Positions 1-10,285 are shown, numbered from the stretch's first letter. The stretch: 64,000 nucleotides of DNA from Candidatus Delongbacteria bacterium (GCA_963663545.1 OY760505.1:1280001-1344000), one strand, 5' to 3'. Notes: generated from the sequence alone by a model not told the origin. Translations and numbers: made by a program.

Positions 1-288
1 CTCCTGCACTGAAGACACCGTGCGCATCTTCTCTGCTGTTGGCATTGTGTCTTCAACTCTCGTCTCTTCGGTGCCCCCCTCCTGCAAATTCCACTCGCCG
101 GTCACAATGCCTTTGTAGCACAGTCCACACGATTCAGTGATGTGAAAAAGCAGTTGCCCGGTTGTCATCCAATTCTTGCCGGTGGCCGGCTTCCAGTTGA
201 GCTCGGCGTCATTTACTCGGCGCATGAGCCGCTCGGACACAGCGTAGTTGTACTCAAGGCTCGAACTGAGCAGTCCGCGCATGTTCAT
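1..288 (-). CDS. DinB-family protein (runs off window start)
   Basis: Manually translated: MNMRGLLSSSLEYNYAVSERLMRRVNDAELNWKPATGKNWMTTGQLLFHI..; LxWxP...WxxGQxLxH pattern of DinB/YfiT; GGAGG RBS at 295-299. Confidence 0.7.
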   Translation of the reverse strand, partial: MNMRGLLSSSLEYNYAVSERLMRRVNDAELNWKPATGKNWMTTGQLLFHITESCGLCYKGIVTGEWNLQEGGTEETRVEDTMPTAEKMRTVSSVQE

Positions 289-480
289 TTGGATCCTCCG
301 TGAAGATTGTTTCTGGTAACCACGTCCACAGGATACACAGGGGGTGGGACAATGATGCGGGGACAGGCACCGACTACAGAATGTAGACTCGACAACCCCC
401 GATGCGCGAGAAAAAAAGACACGTTATGAAATCAACGCAGAGGCTCCCGGAGCCAGGCCGAGCCGAAGCCAGCGGCGCAC

Positions 481-1359
481 CTACCAGTTCTGCAACAACC
501 ACTCGCGAAAGGAAGCACCGAGCTCGATGTCACACACCTGATCCGGATGCAGATCCCGGGTCTCCCAGGTGAAGCACACCACCTCATCAAGGCTTGCTGC
601 ACGTCGCGTGAGTGGAACCTGTGCGTGCAGATTGTAGGGATAGCTGTAACTCGGTGGCAGTAGCACTCGCCCAGCTTCTGGAATCCGTTTGCAGATGAGC
701 GCACTCAGCAAAGCCTGATGCAGAAAGATGCGATGCAGCTCGTCGGCACACCATTCAGCAGTGTGTGGATCACGAATCAGCTCGGCAAACAGCGCCCACC
801 ACTCGCGACAGAGCCCAAGTTCAGGCCGCAGCGCAAACAGATGACTGTTGTAGTACGGACGTATCACATCTTGTTCAATGAAGGTGAGAACGCTGTCTGT
901 CGGATCCTTCACATCTACTGCGTGATACACTTCGCGCCAGAATACATCCAGTTCGCTCTGCGCTGCAAGGCCAATATTCTTGTGATGCACCGGCCTCAGG
1001 GCAATGCTCTGCGAAGACGCCAAGAGCAGATCATGCGGCGGTGATACAAACAGAAGATCCGACGCCGACCAGATCAGCAGATCGTGGCCCTCCTGCAATG
1101 CAATCTCCTCCGCTCTTGCACAGGCGGCGACCTTGGCCGCAAACTGGAAAGCAGCCAACTCGACGGGCAAAGCAAGAGCAATTGTGCTTTCGTTGGTGGA
1201 AGCACCCTCCGGTGATACAAGCAGGCGTCGCCAGGAGGCGCACTCTCCGCCAAACTTGTTCAGGCTGGCATAAAGGCGACGGACACCCGCTTCGTCCGGG
1301 TATCCCAGTGTCACAAGAAGTGGCTTCGTCGTTGGAAGCATAAGCAGCTCCGGATGCAA
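481..1359 (-). CDS. hypothetical protein, possibly glycosyltransferase (GT-A/GT8)-like
   Basis: 292-aa ORF co-oriented with neighbours; 'SDLLFV' and 'YYNSHLF' weakly resemble GT8 motifs; start uncertain. Confidence 0.5.
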   Translation of the reverse strand: MHPELLMLPTTKPLLVTLGYPDEAGVRRLYASLNKFGGECASWRRLLVSPEGASTNESTIALALPVELAAFQFAAKVAACARAEEIALQEGHDLLIWSASDLLFVSPPHDLLLASSQSIALRPVHHKNIGLAAQSELDVFWREVYHAVDVKDPTDSVLTFIEQDVIRPYYNSHLFALRPELGLCREWWALFAELIRDPHTAEWCADELHRIFLHQALLSALICKRIPEAGRVLLPPSYSYPYNLHAQVPLTRRAASLDEVVCFTWETRDLHPDQVCDIELGASFREWLLQNW

Positions 1360-1386
1360 ATCTGTGTATCACAAAGAGTGCGGGCC

Positions 1387-1872
1387 TTAGTGACGAGTTG
1401 TCGGCGCGAGTAATCCGATCAATTGCGTCAGCACCATGCTGCCCAGCACACCAGCGGCGAAAATGTAGAGCCCCGGGTGCACAGTGATGGCAGCAATGGC
1501 CTTTACTTTGAGGGTAACCACCAGCACGGCAACAACAAATACATCCAGCATCGACCACTTGCCCAGCAGACTGAGGGCACCATGTCGACGCTGCCAGGAA
1601 GCGACGTCGTGCACTGGCTTCATCAAGCTCCACAGCGTGAGCATCTTGAGGGTCGGAATGAACAGGCTGAATACGAAAATCAAAAGGAAGAGCCCTCGCT
1701 GCCCGTTTAGCCACAGATGCATCGTTGCGGACCAGAGCGAGAAAGTGTCGTTGAACACAAAGAACTTGCTGAAGGTAAACATGGGCGTGAAAGCCCCCAG
1801 CAACAACAGCGCACTCACGAACACCCACAGCAGGCGTAACACAAAAGCCAGGACTCCACGTCTCGATCTCAT
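1387..1872 (-). CDS. PqiA (paraquat-inducible protein A) family membrane protein, single domain
   Basis: 'LGKWSMLDVFVVA' signature, TM helices; ATG at 1872 overlaps upstream stop (ATGA). Confidence 0.8.
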   Translation of the reverse strand: MRSRRGVLAFVLRLLWVFVSALLLLGAFTPMFTFSKFFVFNDTFSLWSATMHLWLNGQRGLFLLIFVFSLFIPTLKMLTLWSLMKPVHDVASWQRRHGALSLLGKWSMLDVFVVAVLVVTLKVKAIAAITVHPGLYIFAAGVLGSMVLTQLIGLLAPTTRH

Positions 1873-2942
1873 TGTGCCAGGCCATCCATCCATTCCGTCG
1901 GCAGGTCGACGGCAAAACAGCATTCGTCATCTCCGGCACGCACCGTTCGAAGAGTACGGACGCGCACGGGTCTATCCAGAGCAGCCTCCCACTGCTGACG
2001 GAACCAGCCAGCTCCGCAGTGACAGAAGTTGGCGGGAATCTCCTCATGAAGACGATCGCGAATTAGCGGACAGAAGCAGTAGGCGCGTCGCCGTTCAGCG
2101 TCCATGGTGGCGGCTTCGTAGGCTTTTGGATCACAGGGCTTTTTGCGCGAGAGAATCACACCTCCCTCACGCACCGGTGCCTCTGCCCAACCGGCGTCGG
2201 CTTCCATGAAGGCAATCACAGCGTCAACGGCTTCCAGCGGTCGCCCGGTTTCCTCCAGACACTGCAAAAATGCATCTCGAAGCTTCCGCGTTTGTGTCAC
2301 AGGAAAGACATGGGAACAGCGTGATACGATCTCGTACTGCTGCTCTTCGTCCGCGACATCTTCTAGTCGCTCGAGCAATTGGCACGTGTATTCGAAGCGC
2401 TGCGGAGGCCGAGATTCGTGATCCAGTTGCGGCAGACCGGCCCACAACACTGAATTGGCCTTCTGACCCAGGACCCGGTCCGCTCCCGCACGGAACAGAT
2501 CTGGCCAATTGTGTATCACAAAGCCTACTTCAATTGTCCCGCCCTCAGGATCGAAGCCTTCGGGATAGCTCTCCAGCAGGTATTCGTCGGAGATCAGGCC
2601 ACGCGCGCCAGCCTCTGAGAAGACGCGTCCATAACTGCCCCCCAACTCAGCAGCGGGTCCGCGGTGACACAAAACCAGCAGGTCAAACGCCGCCTGCTCG
2701 CGAAGCTCCACAGCCAGTCCATCCCGCCGTTCGCGCAGCGGCACACGCAGCTCCACTTCGTGACCGACCGTAACACTGCTGATGAATTGAAACGCGCACT
2801 GGGGTGGTCCCGAGATCAACTCGGCAGGAATCGCCGTCACCAAACGATTCAACTCCGTGGCCAGCTCCTTGCGATTCTGGATGACAATGCGTCGCACAGC
2901 CAAAACACCTGCCGCTCGGCGCTCAACTCTGAACTCGTTCAT
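1869..2942 (-). CDS. GyrI-like effector-binding domain fused to Cys-rich DUF6144-like domain
   Basis: N-terminal GyrI-like 'HRGPAAELGGSY..YLLESY'; C-terminal 'CFCP..FCHCGAG..TVRAGDDECCF'. Confidence 0.6.
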   Translation of the reverse strand: MNEFRVERRAAGVLAVRRIVIQNRKELATELNRLVTAIPAELISGPPQCAFQFISSVTVGHEVELRVPLRERRDGLAVELREQAAFDLLVLCHRGPAAELGGSYGRVFSEAGARGLISDEYLLESYPEGFDPEGGTIEVGFVIHNWPDLFRAGADRVLGQKANSVLWAGLPQLDHESRPPQRFEYTCQLLERLEDVADEEQQYEIVSRCSHVFPVTQTRKLRDAFLQCLEETGRPLEAVDAVIAFMEADAGWAEAPVREGGVILSRKKPCDPKAYEAATMDAERRRAYCFCPLIRDRLHEEIPANFCHCGAGWFRQQWEAALDRPVRVRTLRTVRAGDDECCFAVDLPTEWMDGLAQ

Positions 2943-2951
2943 TGTCGATTC

Positions 2952-3173
2952 CTACTTCCTGGCGAGAAAGCGAGCGCACTCCCAGACCGGCAGTACGATG
3001 TTCTCCTTGGCCGCCAGACCGAGCACCTGCTGTATCACGGCGCAGCCCTTGTCCTCGCGCTCGGGTTTGAACGAGGCACAATCCCAGCACATGCAGTGCT
3101 CCTTGTGCCGTCCATCCAAGTCTGTGCGAACCCATCTCTCGCTATCGCCGCGCTGCTGTCGTGAATAGCTCAT
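2952..3173 (-). CDS. small Cys-rich hypothetical protein
   Basis: 73 aa, CxCxxC..C..C pattern, AGGAG RBS, tightly packed in operon. Confidence 0.65.
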   Translation of the reverse strand: MSYSRQQRGDSERWVRTDLDGRHKEHCMCWDCASFKPEREDKGCAVIQQVLGLAAKENIVLPVWECARFLARK

Positions 3174-3186
3174 TTCGGCTCCTGTA

Positions 3187-3594
3187 TCACAAAGTCAGTT
3201 TTCCTTCGCGTCCCAACCATTTGAGTGCTGACTCCACATCGCGAAACACCATGACGTCGTTGGGTGCGCTATCCACGTAGGCTTCAAACATGCGAGCCAG
3301 TCCGTAGTTCAAGTCGCCCGCAACGAGGACCGCCGTTTTCCAATAGCCGCCGCGCCGGCCTGTGTATTCACTTGAATGATGCGCCAGCTGAACTACATCT
3401 CCACTGTTCATGCTGGTAACACTCGTCGCACGGAAATCCCACAGCGTATCCATGGCTTTGTCAAACAAAGGATCGGCAGTGCAGCGCTCGACTACTTCTA
3501 TATAGGCTTCAAGGTCAAAAGCCTCGCCGACCCGAAACAGCGCAAAGCCGATTTCCGGATACAATTGATAATTGATTCGTCCAGCTCCGGGCAT
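3187..3594 (-). CDS. SpoIIAA/STAS-like hypothetical protein
   Basis: 'TLWDFR..TAVLV..YGLARMF..VFRDVESALKWL' pattern; GGAGG RBS before ATG 3594. Confidence 0.65.
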   Translation of the reverse strand: MPGAGRINYQLYPEIGFALFRVGEAFDLEAYIEVVERCTADPLFDKAMDTLWDFRATSVTSMNSGDVVQLAHHSSEYTGRRGGYWKTAVLVAGDLNYGLARMFEAYVDSAPNDVMVFRDVESALKWLGREGKLTL

Positions 3595-3689
3595 ATAGCC
3601 TCCCTTCAAGGCATGAGAATAACAATGCAACAGGGTCGCAGCAATGCGCAGCCATGACAGCACTGCCCAAGGTTCACGATATTTGCCTC

Positions 3690-4529
3690 ATGAGATTTGA
3701 TCGAGGTTACAGCGGATATCTTGAACTCCGCGGCACAGAGCGACCACTCCCCGTAGTGCGCAACCTGATTCTGCTGAACGTGGGCTGCTTTCTGCTCTGG
3801 CGAGTATTGAATCTGGGCGACCTGGGTGTGCTACATCCTTTCGGGCAAGGCCACGGGCAGCTGCCCGCTCTCATGATGTATGGCTTTCTTCACGCCAATC
3901 TGCTGCATCTAGCCTTCAACATGCTGGGGCTGTGGATTCTGGGCAACGATCTGGTTCGCTTCTGGAATCCGCGCACCTTCACCATCTACTACCTGCTCTG
4001 CCTGTTGGGTGCAGGCGTGACACATCTGTTGCTGGATCCGCTTTTCGGCGGTCAGGCGGGTATTGTGGGCGCATCGGGTGGCGTGTATGGATTGCTGGCA
4101 GCTTACGCATGGTTCTTCGGCAAACGGCAACTCTACCTGTTCGGCGTGCTTCCCATGCAGGCACGCGTGTTCGCCGTTGCGCTGGCAGCCATTTCGCTCT
4201 TCTCCGGCGTGATACAGAGCCAGGATGGAATGGCCCACTTCGCTCACCTTGGCGGCATGTTGACGGGCATTCTGCTGATCGGCGCTCCCGGTTGGTGGCG
4301 CAGGCTACGCCTCTACCGGCATCAACTGCGCATGCGTGCCTACGCCAAGCGCGTCGGCGCGTCTCCTCCCGCAGGAGGCGGAATGCGCATGTCGCGCAGG
4401 GAAATGCAAGCACGAGTGGACGAGCTGCTGGCCAAGATTTCCGCGCAGGGCATGGACGCCCTAAGTGCCGAAGAGAAGCGCATGCTGGAAGAGGCTTCTT
4501 CGTGGCTGCGCGAGGAGCGCAACTCATGA
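3690..4529 (+). CDS. rhomboid intramembrane serine protease with C-terminal helical domain
   Basis: HANLLHLAFNM, catalytic GASGG and AHLGG motifs; C-terminal 'VDELLAKIS..GMDALSAEEK'; start could be 3654. Confidence 0.9.
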   Translation: MRFDRGYSGYLELRGTERPLPVVRNLILLNVGCFLLWRVLNLGDLGVLHPFGQGHGQLPALMMYGFLHANLLHLAFNMLGLWILGNDLVRFWNPRTFTIYYLLCLLGAGVTHLLLDPLFGGQAGIVGASGGVYGLLAAYAWFFGKRQLYLFGVLPMQARVFAVALAAISLFSGVIQSQDGMAHFAHLGGMLTGILLIGAPGWWRRLRLYRHQLRMRAYAKRVGASPPAGGGMRMSRREMQARVDELLAKISAQGMDALSAEEKRMLEEASSWLREERNS

Positions 4530-5272
4530 ACCGTATTCCGCGCGTCCTTCTACATGGGCTGCACTTCGTGACGGGCGAAAGCCAGCTGCCAGCTGAAGCG
4601 GGACACCACTTGTGTCGCGTGCTGCGCATGAATGCCGGTGATCGCGTTGATCTGATGGATGGTGTTGGGCATACCGCCGAAGCCCAGCTGTTGACGAGTA
4701 CGAAACAGCCACTGGTTCACATTGAGCGCGTGCAGTTTACCGCAGAAGTGAAGCCGCTCCTGACGGCCTGTCTGCCCGTGATACGCCCTGAGCGCGCCTC
4801 AGCAGCGGTCGAAAAGCTCTGCGAGCTCGGCGTCAGCGCCATTCAACTCTTCCATAGCGTGCACACCGGCAATCGACGCAAGGCGCCTGAGATGGCGCGG
4901 CTGCAGCGCATTGCCAAGGCCGCCTGCGAGCAGAGCGGAAATCCCTGGCTGCCAGAAGTGCTGCCTCCGGTTGAATTGCATGAGCTACTAGCCCGGCCGG
5001 AAACCCTACTTCTGGGCGATGCCGACGCTAGTCAGGAAAAATCTCCACTTTCTGCTTTACCAGGTGAAACCGGAACCGCCGATGCGCTGTCCGCGTTCGC
5101 CTTGCTTGTCGGCCCGGAGGGGGGCTTTCACCCCGATGAAATCGACTTGGTTGACGCAAAAGGACCTATCCGGATTGCCCTCGGCCCCTGGATCCTGCGT
5201 GCAGAAACCGCCTTGCCCGCACTTGCGGCCGTGGCGAACGCAGCCTTCAGAAGACTTCGGGCGACCTCGTAA
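4526..5272 (+). CDS. rsmE: 16S rRNA m3U1498 methyltransferase RsmE
   Basis: HHLCRVLRM, ACEQSG, VGPEGGF, LGPWILRAETA motifs; ATGA overlap with rhomboid stop. Confidence 0.92.
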   Translation: MNRIPRVLLHGLHFVTGESQLPAEAGHHLCRVLRMNAGDRVDLMDGVGHTAEAQLLTSTKQPLVHIERVQFTAEVKPLLTACLPVIRPERASAAVEKLCELGVSAIQLFHSVHTGNRRKAPEMARLQRIAKAACEQSGNPWLPEVLPPVELHELLARPETLLLGDADASQEKSPLSALPGETGTADALSAFALLVGPEGGFHPDEIDLVDAKGPIRIALGPWILRAETALPALAAVANAAFRRLRATS

Positions 5273-5300
5273 TTGATATTCCATCTATAAGGAGGAAAGA

Positions 5301-7058
5301 GTGCGAAAAGCCTCTATTCTGCTGCATCTGTTGTTGAGCCTGCTGCTGAGCGCCAGCCTGCTGCAGGCCGCCCAGCCGGTTCAGGAGTTTACCCTGGACA
5401 ATGGCATGCAGTTGCTGGTGGTCGAGGATCACTCCTCACCCATGTTCTTCGGTGCCTGGATCGCCCACGTTGGTTCGGCCAACGAGCGCCCCGGAATCAC
5501 CGGCGTGACACACCTGATTGAGCACATGATGTTCAAGGGTACCAAGATCATCGGTACAACGGATGCCGAACGCGATCTGCAACTGATCGCCAGCCAGGAA
5601 GAGCTGAAGGAGCAGATGCGCCACCTGAGCCGTGACCTGCGCTGGAAAGTGCGCTACGGTGAGTATGCGACCCTCGCCGAAGCCCAGGCTGCCGACGCGG
5701 AGTATCAGGCGCTGAAGGCCAAGTTCGACAAGCTGGTGGAAGCCCAGAGCGAGACCATGATCAGCAACGCCTACGACCGCCAGTTTCAGGTGCACGGCGA
5801 AATCATGGGCAACGCCTTCACCAGTCAGGATATGACCGCCTATTTCCACATTCTGCCAGCCAATCAGCTTGAGTTCTGGATGTGGATGGAGAGCGACCGC
5901 CTGCTGAACCCCGTTTTTCGCGAGTTCTACAGTGAGCGCGATGTGGTTTACGAAGAGCGCCGCATGCGCACCGAGAATACGCCCACGGGACTGCACGACG
6001 AGGCCGTCGAGGCGATGTTCTGGCAGGCACACCCCTACAGCTGGCCAATCATCGGTTGGCCCAGCGACATCAGCGAGATTACGCTTTCGCAGGTGCAGGA
6101 ATACTTCCAGAGCTACTACTGGGGCCGCAATCTTAGCCTGCTGCTAACCGGCGACGTAGACGCCGACCAGGCCTATGCGATGGCGCAGCGCTACTTCGGC
6201 CGCATTCCTGAGGGAGTAGATCCCCCCGCGCTGGTAACGCTGGAGCCGGAGCAAATCGGCGAGAAGCGCTACTACGGCGAGGCCGATGTCAACACGCAGG
6301 TGAACATCGCTTACCATTGCGGCGGCTTCAAGCACGTGGACGGTCCTGTGCTGGAAGTGATCTCTTCGCTGTTGCGTGGTGATACAGGCCGCCTGCAGCG
6401 CAAACTGGTGCAGGAGGACGAGCTCGCCGTCTGGGCCGCCGCCTTCTATCAGCAGCAGAAGTACGCGGGCCAGTTCATCGTGCTGGGCGAAGTGGCGGAA
6501 GGCCACAGTGCCGAGGAATTGGAAACCGCACTCAAGGCAGAACTGATTCGCCTGGCGGAAGAGCCGGTTGACGAGCGTGAGCTGCAGAAAGTGAAGAACA
6601 ACTACCTGGTGCGCGCCTATCGCGAAGAAAGCAGCGCCATTGCCAAGGGCTTCACGCTGATCAATGCCACAGGTAACGGCGATTGGCGCGAGGGAGAGCG
6701 CTTCCGTGAAAAGCTCTCCGCAGTCACACCCGAGCAGATTCAGGAAGTCGCCGCCCGCACTTTGGTGGCGAACAATTCCCTTGTCAGCGTCTATGAGCGC
6801 CCCGAGGGAATGGAAGCCACAAGCTACCCTGAAGCGCTGAATTCGCTGCCCGCCGAGATGCAGGCTCAGACCAAGATGGCCATTGATCAGATGCGCAGTC
6901 TTGAAGATCCTGAAGCCCTGCAGGCGATGATGGCCGAGCTTCGCGGCGCGCTAGGACAGGTTCCGGACGAAGTGAAGCCGATGTTTGAAATCATGCTGAG
7001 TGTGGGCGAAGAGCAGATGACCAAGCTGCAGAGCAGCGCTAGCGGGGAGGCTGAGTAA
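5301..7058 (+). CDS. M16 (pitrilysin) zinc peptidase, catalytic subunit, exported
   Basis: Signal peptide, HLIEH inverzincin motif, NAFTSxD, ERDVVYEERR; AAGGAGG RBS with GTG start. Confidence 0.92.
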   Translation: MRKASILLHLLLSLLLSASLLQAAQPVQEFTLDNGMQLLVVEDHSSPMFFGAWIAHVGSANERPGITGVTHLIEHMMFKGTKIIGTTDAERDLQLIASQEELKEQMRHLSRDLRWKVRYGEYATLAEAQAADAEYQALKAKFDKLVEAQSETMISNAYDRQFQVHGEIMGNAFTSQDMTAYFHILPANQLEFWMWMESDRLLNPVFREFYSERDVVYEERRMRTENTPTGLHDEAVEAMFWQAHPYSWPIIGWPSDISEITLSQVQEYFQSYYWGRNLSLLLTGDVDADQAYAMAQRYFGRIPEGVDPPALVTLEPEQIGEKRYYGEADVNTQVNIAYHCGGFKHVDGPVLEVISSLLRGDTGRLQRKLVQEDELAVWAAAFYQQQKYAGQFIVLGEVAEGHSAEELETALKAELIRLAEEPVDERELQKVKNNYLVRAYREESSAIAKGFTLINATGNGDWREGERFREKLSAVTPEQIQEVAARTLVANNSLVSVYERPEGMEATSYPEALNSLPAEMQAQTKMAIDQMRSLEDPEALQAMMAELRGALGQVPDEVKPMFEIMLSVGEEQMTKLQSSASGEAE

Positions 7059-8566
7059 TGTCCAGAGTATCCATTGCACCGGTTGCCACCCTGGCTTTGT
7101 GCTGCTGCGTGAGTGTTGCCAGCGCCGGTCTGTTCGGCAAACCAAAGCCGCAGGTCCCCGGCCACCCCGATGAAATCGTAATCCCGCCCTTGGAGTTCAC
7201 CCCGCCCACAGCTGGCGAATATCGTCACGTGCTAAGCAATGGCGTTGTGTGCTACATCGCCGAGGAGCACGTCGTACCGCTGTCGCGCATTGAGGTGCAG
7301 CTTCTCATTGATGAGAAGCAGGAGCCGCGCGAGCTGAATGGCCTGCATTCGCTTTTTGCGGATATGCTGGTAGAGAGCGGCTCTGGCTCGCACGACGCGA
7401 CCTGGGTGGAAGAAGACATGGCCTTTCTGGGCGCACGTCTGCGGAGTGGTAGCGAAGAGTATGGTGCCAGCGCATCCATTGATCTGCTCAGCAAAGACCT
7501 GGATCACGGCCTTGACATGCTCTTTGAGCTGCTGCGCGATCCTGCCTTCCAGCAGGACCGCCTGGATCAGAACCTGCGCTCGCGCATTGCCTGGATGAAG
7601 GAGCGCAACAACGATCCCGATCGCATCGAGCGCGCCGAATGGTATCGCCTGATCTACACGCCCGACTACTACCGTCCCACGACGAAGGCTTCGTATGAAG
7701 CCATCTCGCGCGAAGACCTGCTGGCCTGGCACGACCGCTGGGTGCAGCCGGGCAACATGCGCATTTCAGCCTCCGGCGATTTTGATACCGACGAGCTCTT
7801 GCAGGCTCTGGAAGCGCGTTTTGCCAGCTGGCCAACTCAGCCGGGTGCCGAGTTCACTTGGGAACCCGCATACGCCAATCCCACACCGGGTGTCTATGTT
7901 TACAACAAGGACGATTCGAACCAAAGCAACGTTCGTGTTACTCTGCCGGGCCTGGATCGCGACGATCCTCAATGGCTGGCTACAGATATCATGAACCAGA
8001 TCCTTGGTAGCGGAAATGGAATGAGCAATCACCTGCTCAATCGCATTCGCACCCAAGAGGGACTGGCCTACTCGGTGGGAAGCGCTTTGCTTGAAGAGGA
8101 CTTCGGCCCTGGCATGCACATCGCCGTGTTCCAGACGAAAACCGAAAGCACGCTCTACGCCATGCGCCTGCTTGTGGACGAATACAAACGCATGGCCGCT
8201 GGCGAGTTTGAAGATGAAGAGCTGGAAAGGATCAAGACCAACCTGGTTCAGAGCTTCCCCACGCCTTTCTCTTCAGCAGCAGGTTGTGTTGAAGTATTCA
8301 TGAGCGAAGAACTCACCGGTCGCTACCAGCAAAACCCGGACTACTATGCCGAGTACCGCGACAAGGTGCGAGCCATCACGCGTGACGATATTCAGGCTGC
8401 CGCGCAGCAACTTCTGCATACCGACCAGCTTGTCTGGTTGGTAGTGGGCAAGGCCGATGGCATTCTTTCTGGCGACGCAGAGCACGGTATCAGCGTGGAA
8501 GAATTCGGCACCCTGCACATGCTGCCGAAGCGTGACCCCCTGACGGATGCGCCTATCGCCAACTAG
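7058..8566 (+). CDS. M16 peptidase non-catalytic partner subunit
   Basis: Signal peptide, M16 features (IRTQEGLAY) but no HxxEH; TAATG coupling to upstream gene. Confidence 0.88.
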   Translation: MSRVSIAPVATLALCCCVSVASAGLFGKPKPQVPGHPDEIVIPPLEFTPPTAGEYRHVLSNGVVCYIAEEHVVPLSRIEVQLLIDEKQEPRELNGLHSLFADMLVESGSGSHDATWVEEDMAFLGARLRSGSEEYGASASIDLLSKDLDHGLDMLFELLRDPAFQQDRLDQNLRSRIAWMKERNNDPDRIERAEWYRLIYTPDYYRPTTKASYEAISREDLLAWHDRWVQPGNMRISASGDFDTDELLQALEARFASWPTQPGAEFTWEPAYANPTPGVYVYNKDDSNQSNVRVTLPGLDRDDPQWLATDIMNQILGSGNGMSNHLLNRIRTQEGLAYSVGSALLEEDFGPGMHIAVFQTKTESTLYAMRLLVDEYKRMAAGEFEDEELERIKTNLVQSFPTPFSSAAGCVEVFMSEELTGRYQQNPDYYAEYRDKVRAITRDDIQAAAQQLLHTDQLVWLVVGKADGILSGDAEHGISVEEFGTLHMLPKRDPLTDAPIAN

Positions 8567-8588
8567 CCTTCTGCACACCATGCATTCT

Positions 8589-8620
8589 AAACGCCCGTAG
8601 CATAGTGTTGCGGGCGTTTT
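8589..8620 (+). terminator. intrinsic terminator after M16 operon
   Basis: AAACGCCCG..CGGGCGTTTT stem with U-tract. Confidence 0.7.
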
Positions 8621-8656
8621 CTTTGGGCTCAATCTGCCGCCTTCGTTGGGGGCCGA

Positions 8657-8807
8657 CCAGGCGCCGTCTGGCGGAAAGATACACTGCAGATAAAATGAAA
8701 CCGGCCAGGCGCCGTCTGGCGGAAAGATGCACTGCAGACAAAATGAAACCGGCCAGGCGCCGTCTGGCGGAAAGATACACTGCAGATAAAATGAAACCGG
8801 CCAGGCG
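8657..8807. repeat. 48-bp tandem repeat, 3.1 copies
   Basis: CCAGGCGCCGTCTGGCGGAAAGATACACTGCAGATAAAATGAAACCGG at 8657, 8705 (2 substitutions), 8753; partial at 8801. Confidence 0.95.
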
Positions 8808-8852
8808 GGGGAGCGTTGGCCGGTTACATACAGAAGAGAAGGAGATGATCGT

Positions 8853-9047
8853 TTAGTTTTCGCGCTCCCGCATCCAATCCTGGAGCACACTGCGACTGAT
8901 CCGCCATTCGGAACCCACCTTGCGAGCGGGGATAATTCCTTCCCGAACAAGCATATACATGGTATTGCGGCTAACCTTGAGAATATCTCTGGTTTCCTTC
9001 AGGGTCAGCATCTCATCGTTGCTACGTTCAAGCATGTCCAATTCCAT
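8853..9047 (-). CDS. excisionase-like HTH (HTH_17) DNA-binding protein
   Basis: 'MLTLKETRDILKVSRNTMYMLVREGIIPARKVGSEWRI'. Confidence 0.85.
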   Translation of the reverse strand: MELDMLERSNDEMLTLKETRDILKVSRNTMYMLVREGIIPARKVGSEWRISRSVLQDWMREREN

Positions 9048-9143
9048 TCTTGTCGCAATTGACAGCTTCTATCGGGATTGCAGGCCCTGGGCTTTAATCC
9101 TCAGGTGAGAAAGTGAAGCTCAAAACAGCGAGAGGGGAATGTG

Positions 9144-10073
9144 TCAGTGCGACTCACAGGAAAGGCAGGCGTGTTCCGCGGCAGAATCACCGATCTCAAT
9201 TTGCAGTGTGGCATGATGAATACCGAATTCGTGCGCCAGTTCGTGCTGCACGTGATACAACCAGCCATCACCGGGGTGCCCCCCAGGCATAAGCAAGTGT
9301 GCGCTGAGAGCCACTTCCGTTGTAGACAGGCTCCAGATGTGCAAATCGTGCAGTTGTGATACACCGTCAAGAGCGAGCAACCACGCCGCGACCAGCTCTG
9401 GATCAATGTGATCCGGTACGGCGTCGATGGCGCGCAATCCGGCTTCCTTCAGCAGTGACCAACTGCTGTGTATCACAATCAGCACAATCAGCAGGCTGAC
9501 CAGTGGATCCAGCCAGCTCCAGCTGTGGAACAGCAGTACAACACCAGCCAGTACGACTCCCAAGCTGACCAGCGCATCGGCCGCCATGTGCAGAAAGGCG
9601 CCACGAAGGTTAAGGTCGTGCTTGCCGCCGCGCATGAAGAGCGCCGCCGTGACTCCATTGATGACCACGCCCACAGCAGCGACAATGATCAACGGCATGC
9701 CCGGTGTATCACCAGGATTGAACAGTGCACGAACGCTCTCCCAGGCGATGGTCAGCATAGCTGCAACAAGCAGGATGCCCGAACCCAGGGCGGAAAGAAT
9801 CGTGAGCTTACGCCAGCCAAAAGTTCTTCGGTTTGTCGCAGGACGACTCGCCAAACTGGCCGCACTCCAAGCCAGCAGAAGACTGGCAACATCGCTGAGG
9901 TTGTGTCCGGCATCTGCCATAAGGGCCAGCGATCCTAGGTGCCAACCAAATAGAAATTCCACGATCACGTAACACAGATTGAGCCCTACACCAAGCGCAA
10001 AAGCCCTTCCTAACGTAGCTGGAAGGTGATGGTGATGGGCTTGTCCATGATGTGAATGATGATCGTGGCCCAT
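9144..10073 (-). CDS. CDF-family cation efflux transporter (CzcD/ZitB-like)
   Basis: His-rich N-terminus, SLALMADAGHNLSD, LNLRGAFLHMAAD, HDLHIWS, HATLQIE. Confidence 0.93.
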   Translation of the reverse strand: MGHDHHSHHGQAHHHHLPATLGRAFALGVGLNLCYVIVEFLFGWHLGSLALMADAGHNLSDVASLLLAWSAASLASRPATNRRTFGWRKLTILSALGSGILLVAAMLTIAWESVRALFNPGDTPGMPLIIVAAVGVVINGVTAALFMRGGKHDLNLRGAFLHMAADALVSLGVVLAGVVLLFHSWSWLDPLVSLLIVLIVIHSSWSLLKEAGLRAIDAVPDHIDPELVAAWLLALDGVSQLHDLHIWSLSTTEVALSAHLLMPGGHPGDGWLYHVQHELAHEFGIHHATLQIEIGDSAAEHACLSCESH

Positions 10074-10285
10074 GAGACAATCCTATGCCCTTAACGCGTT
10101 CTCTGCCAACCGCCGCGCCAAGAAGATACAGCTCGCATTCAAGGCTTCCCAGAAATCGAACAAGACGTATGAACGACGACTACTCGAGCACACTCGAGTC
10201 TGTGATACAAGTGTCTGCTGTGATGCATGAATTGCGCAAGCGAGTCCTGCAGAATTCATTGACGAAGGTGAGGTGAAGGGAACAG

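Noticed and set aside
3932..4525. N-terminal extension of the RsmE ORF (likewise rplS to 12980, the OMP to 12568, the permease from 58730)
   Set aside because: Overlaps the neighbouring real gene; downstream starts with RBS or coupling fit better
8657..8807. Possible CRISPR array
   Set aside because: Units are contiguous with no unique spacers; no cas genes in the window
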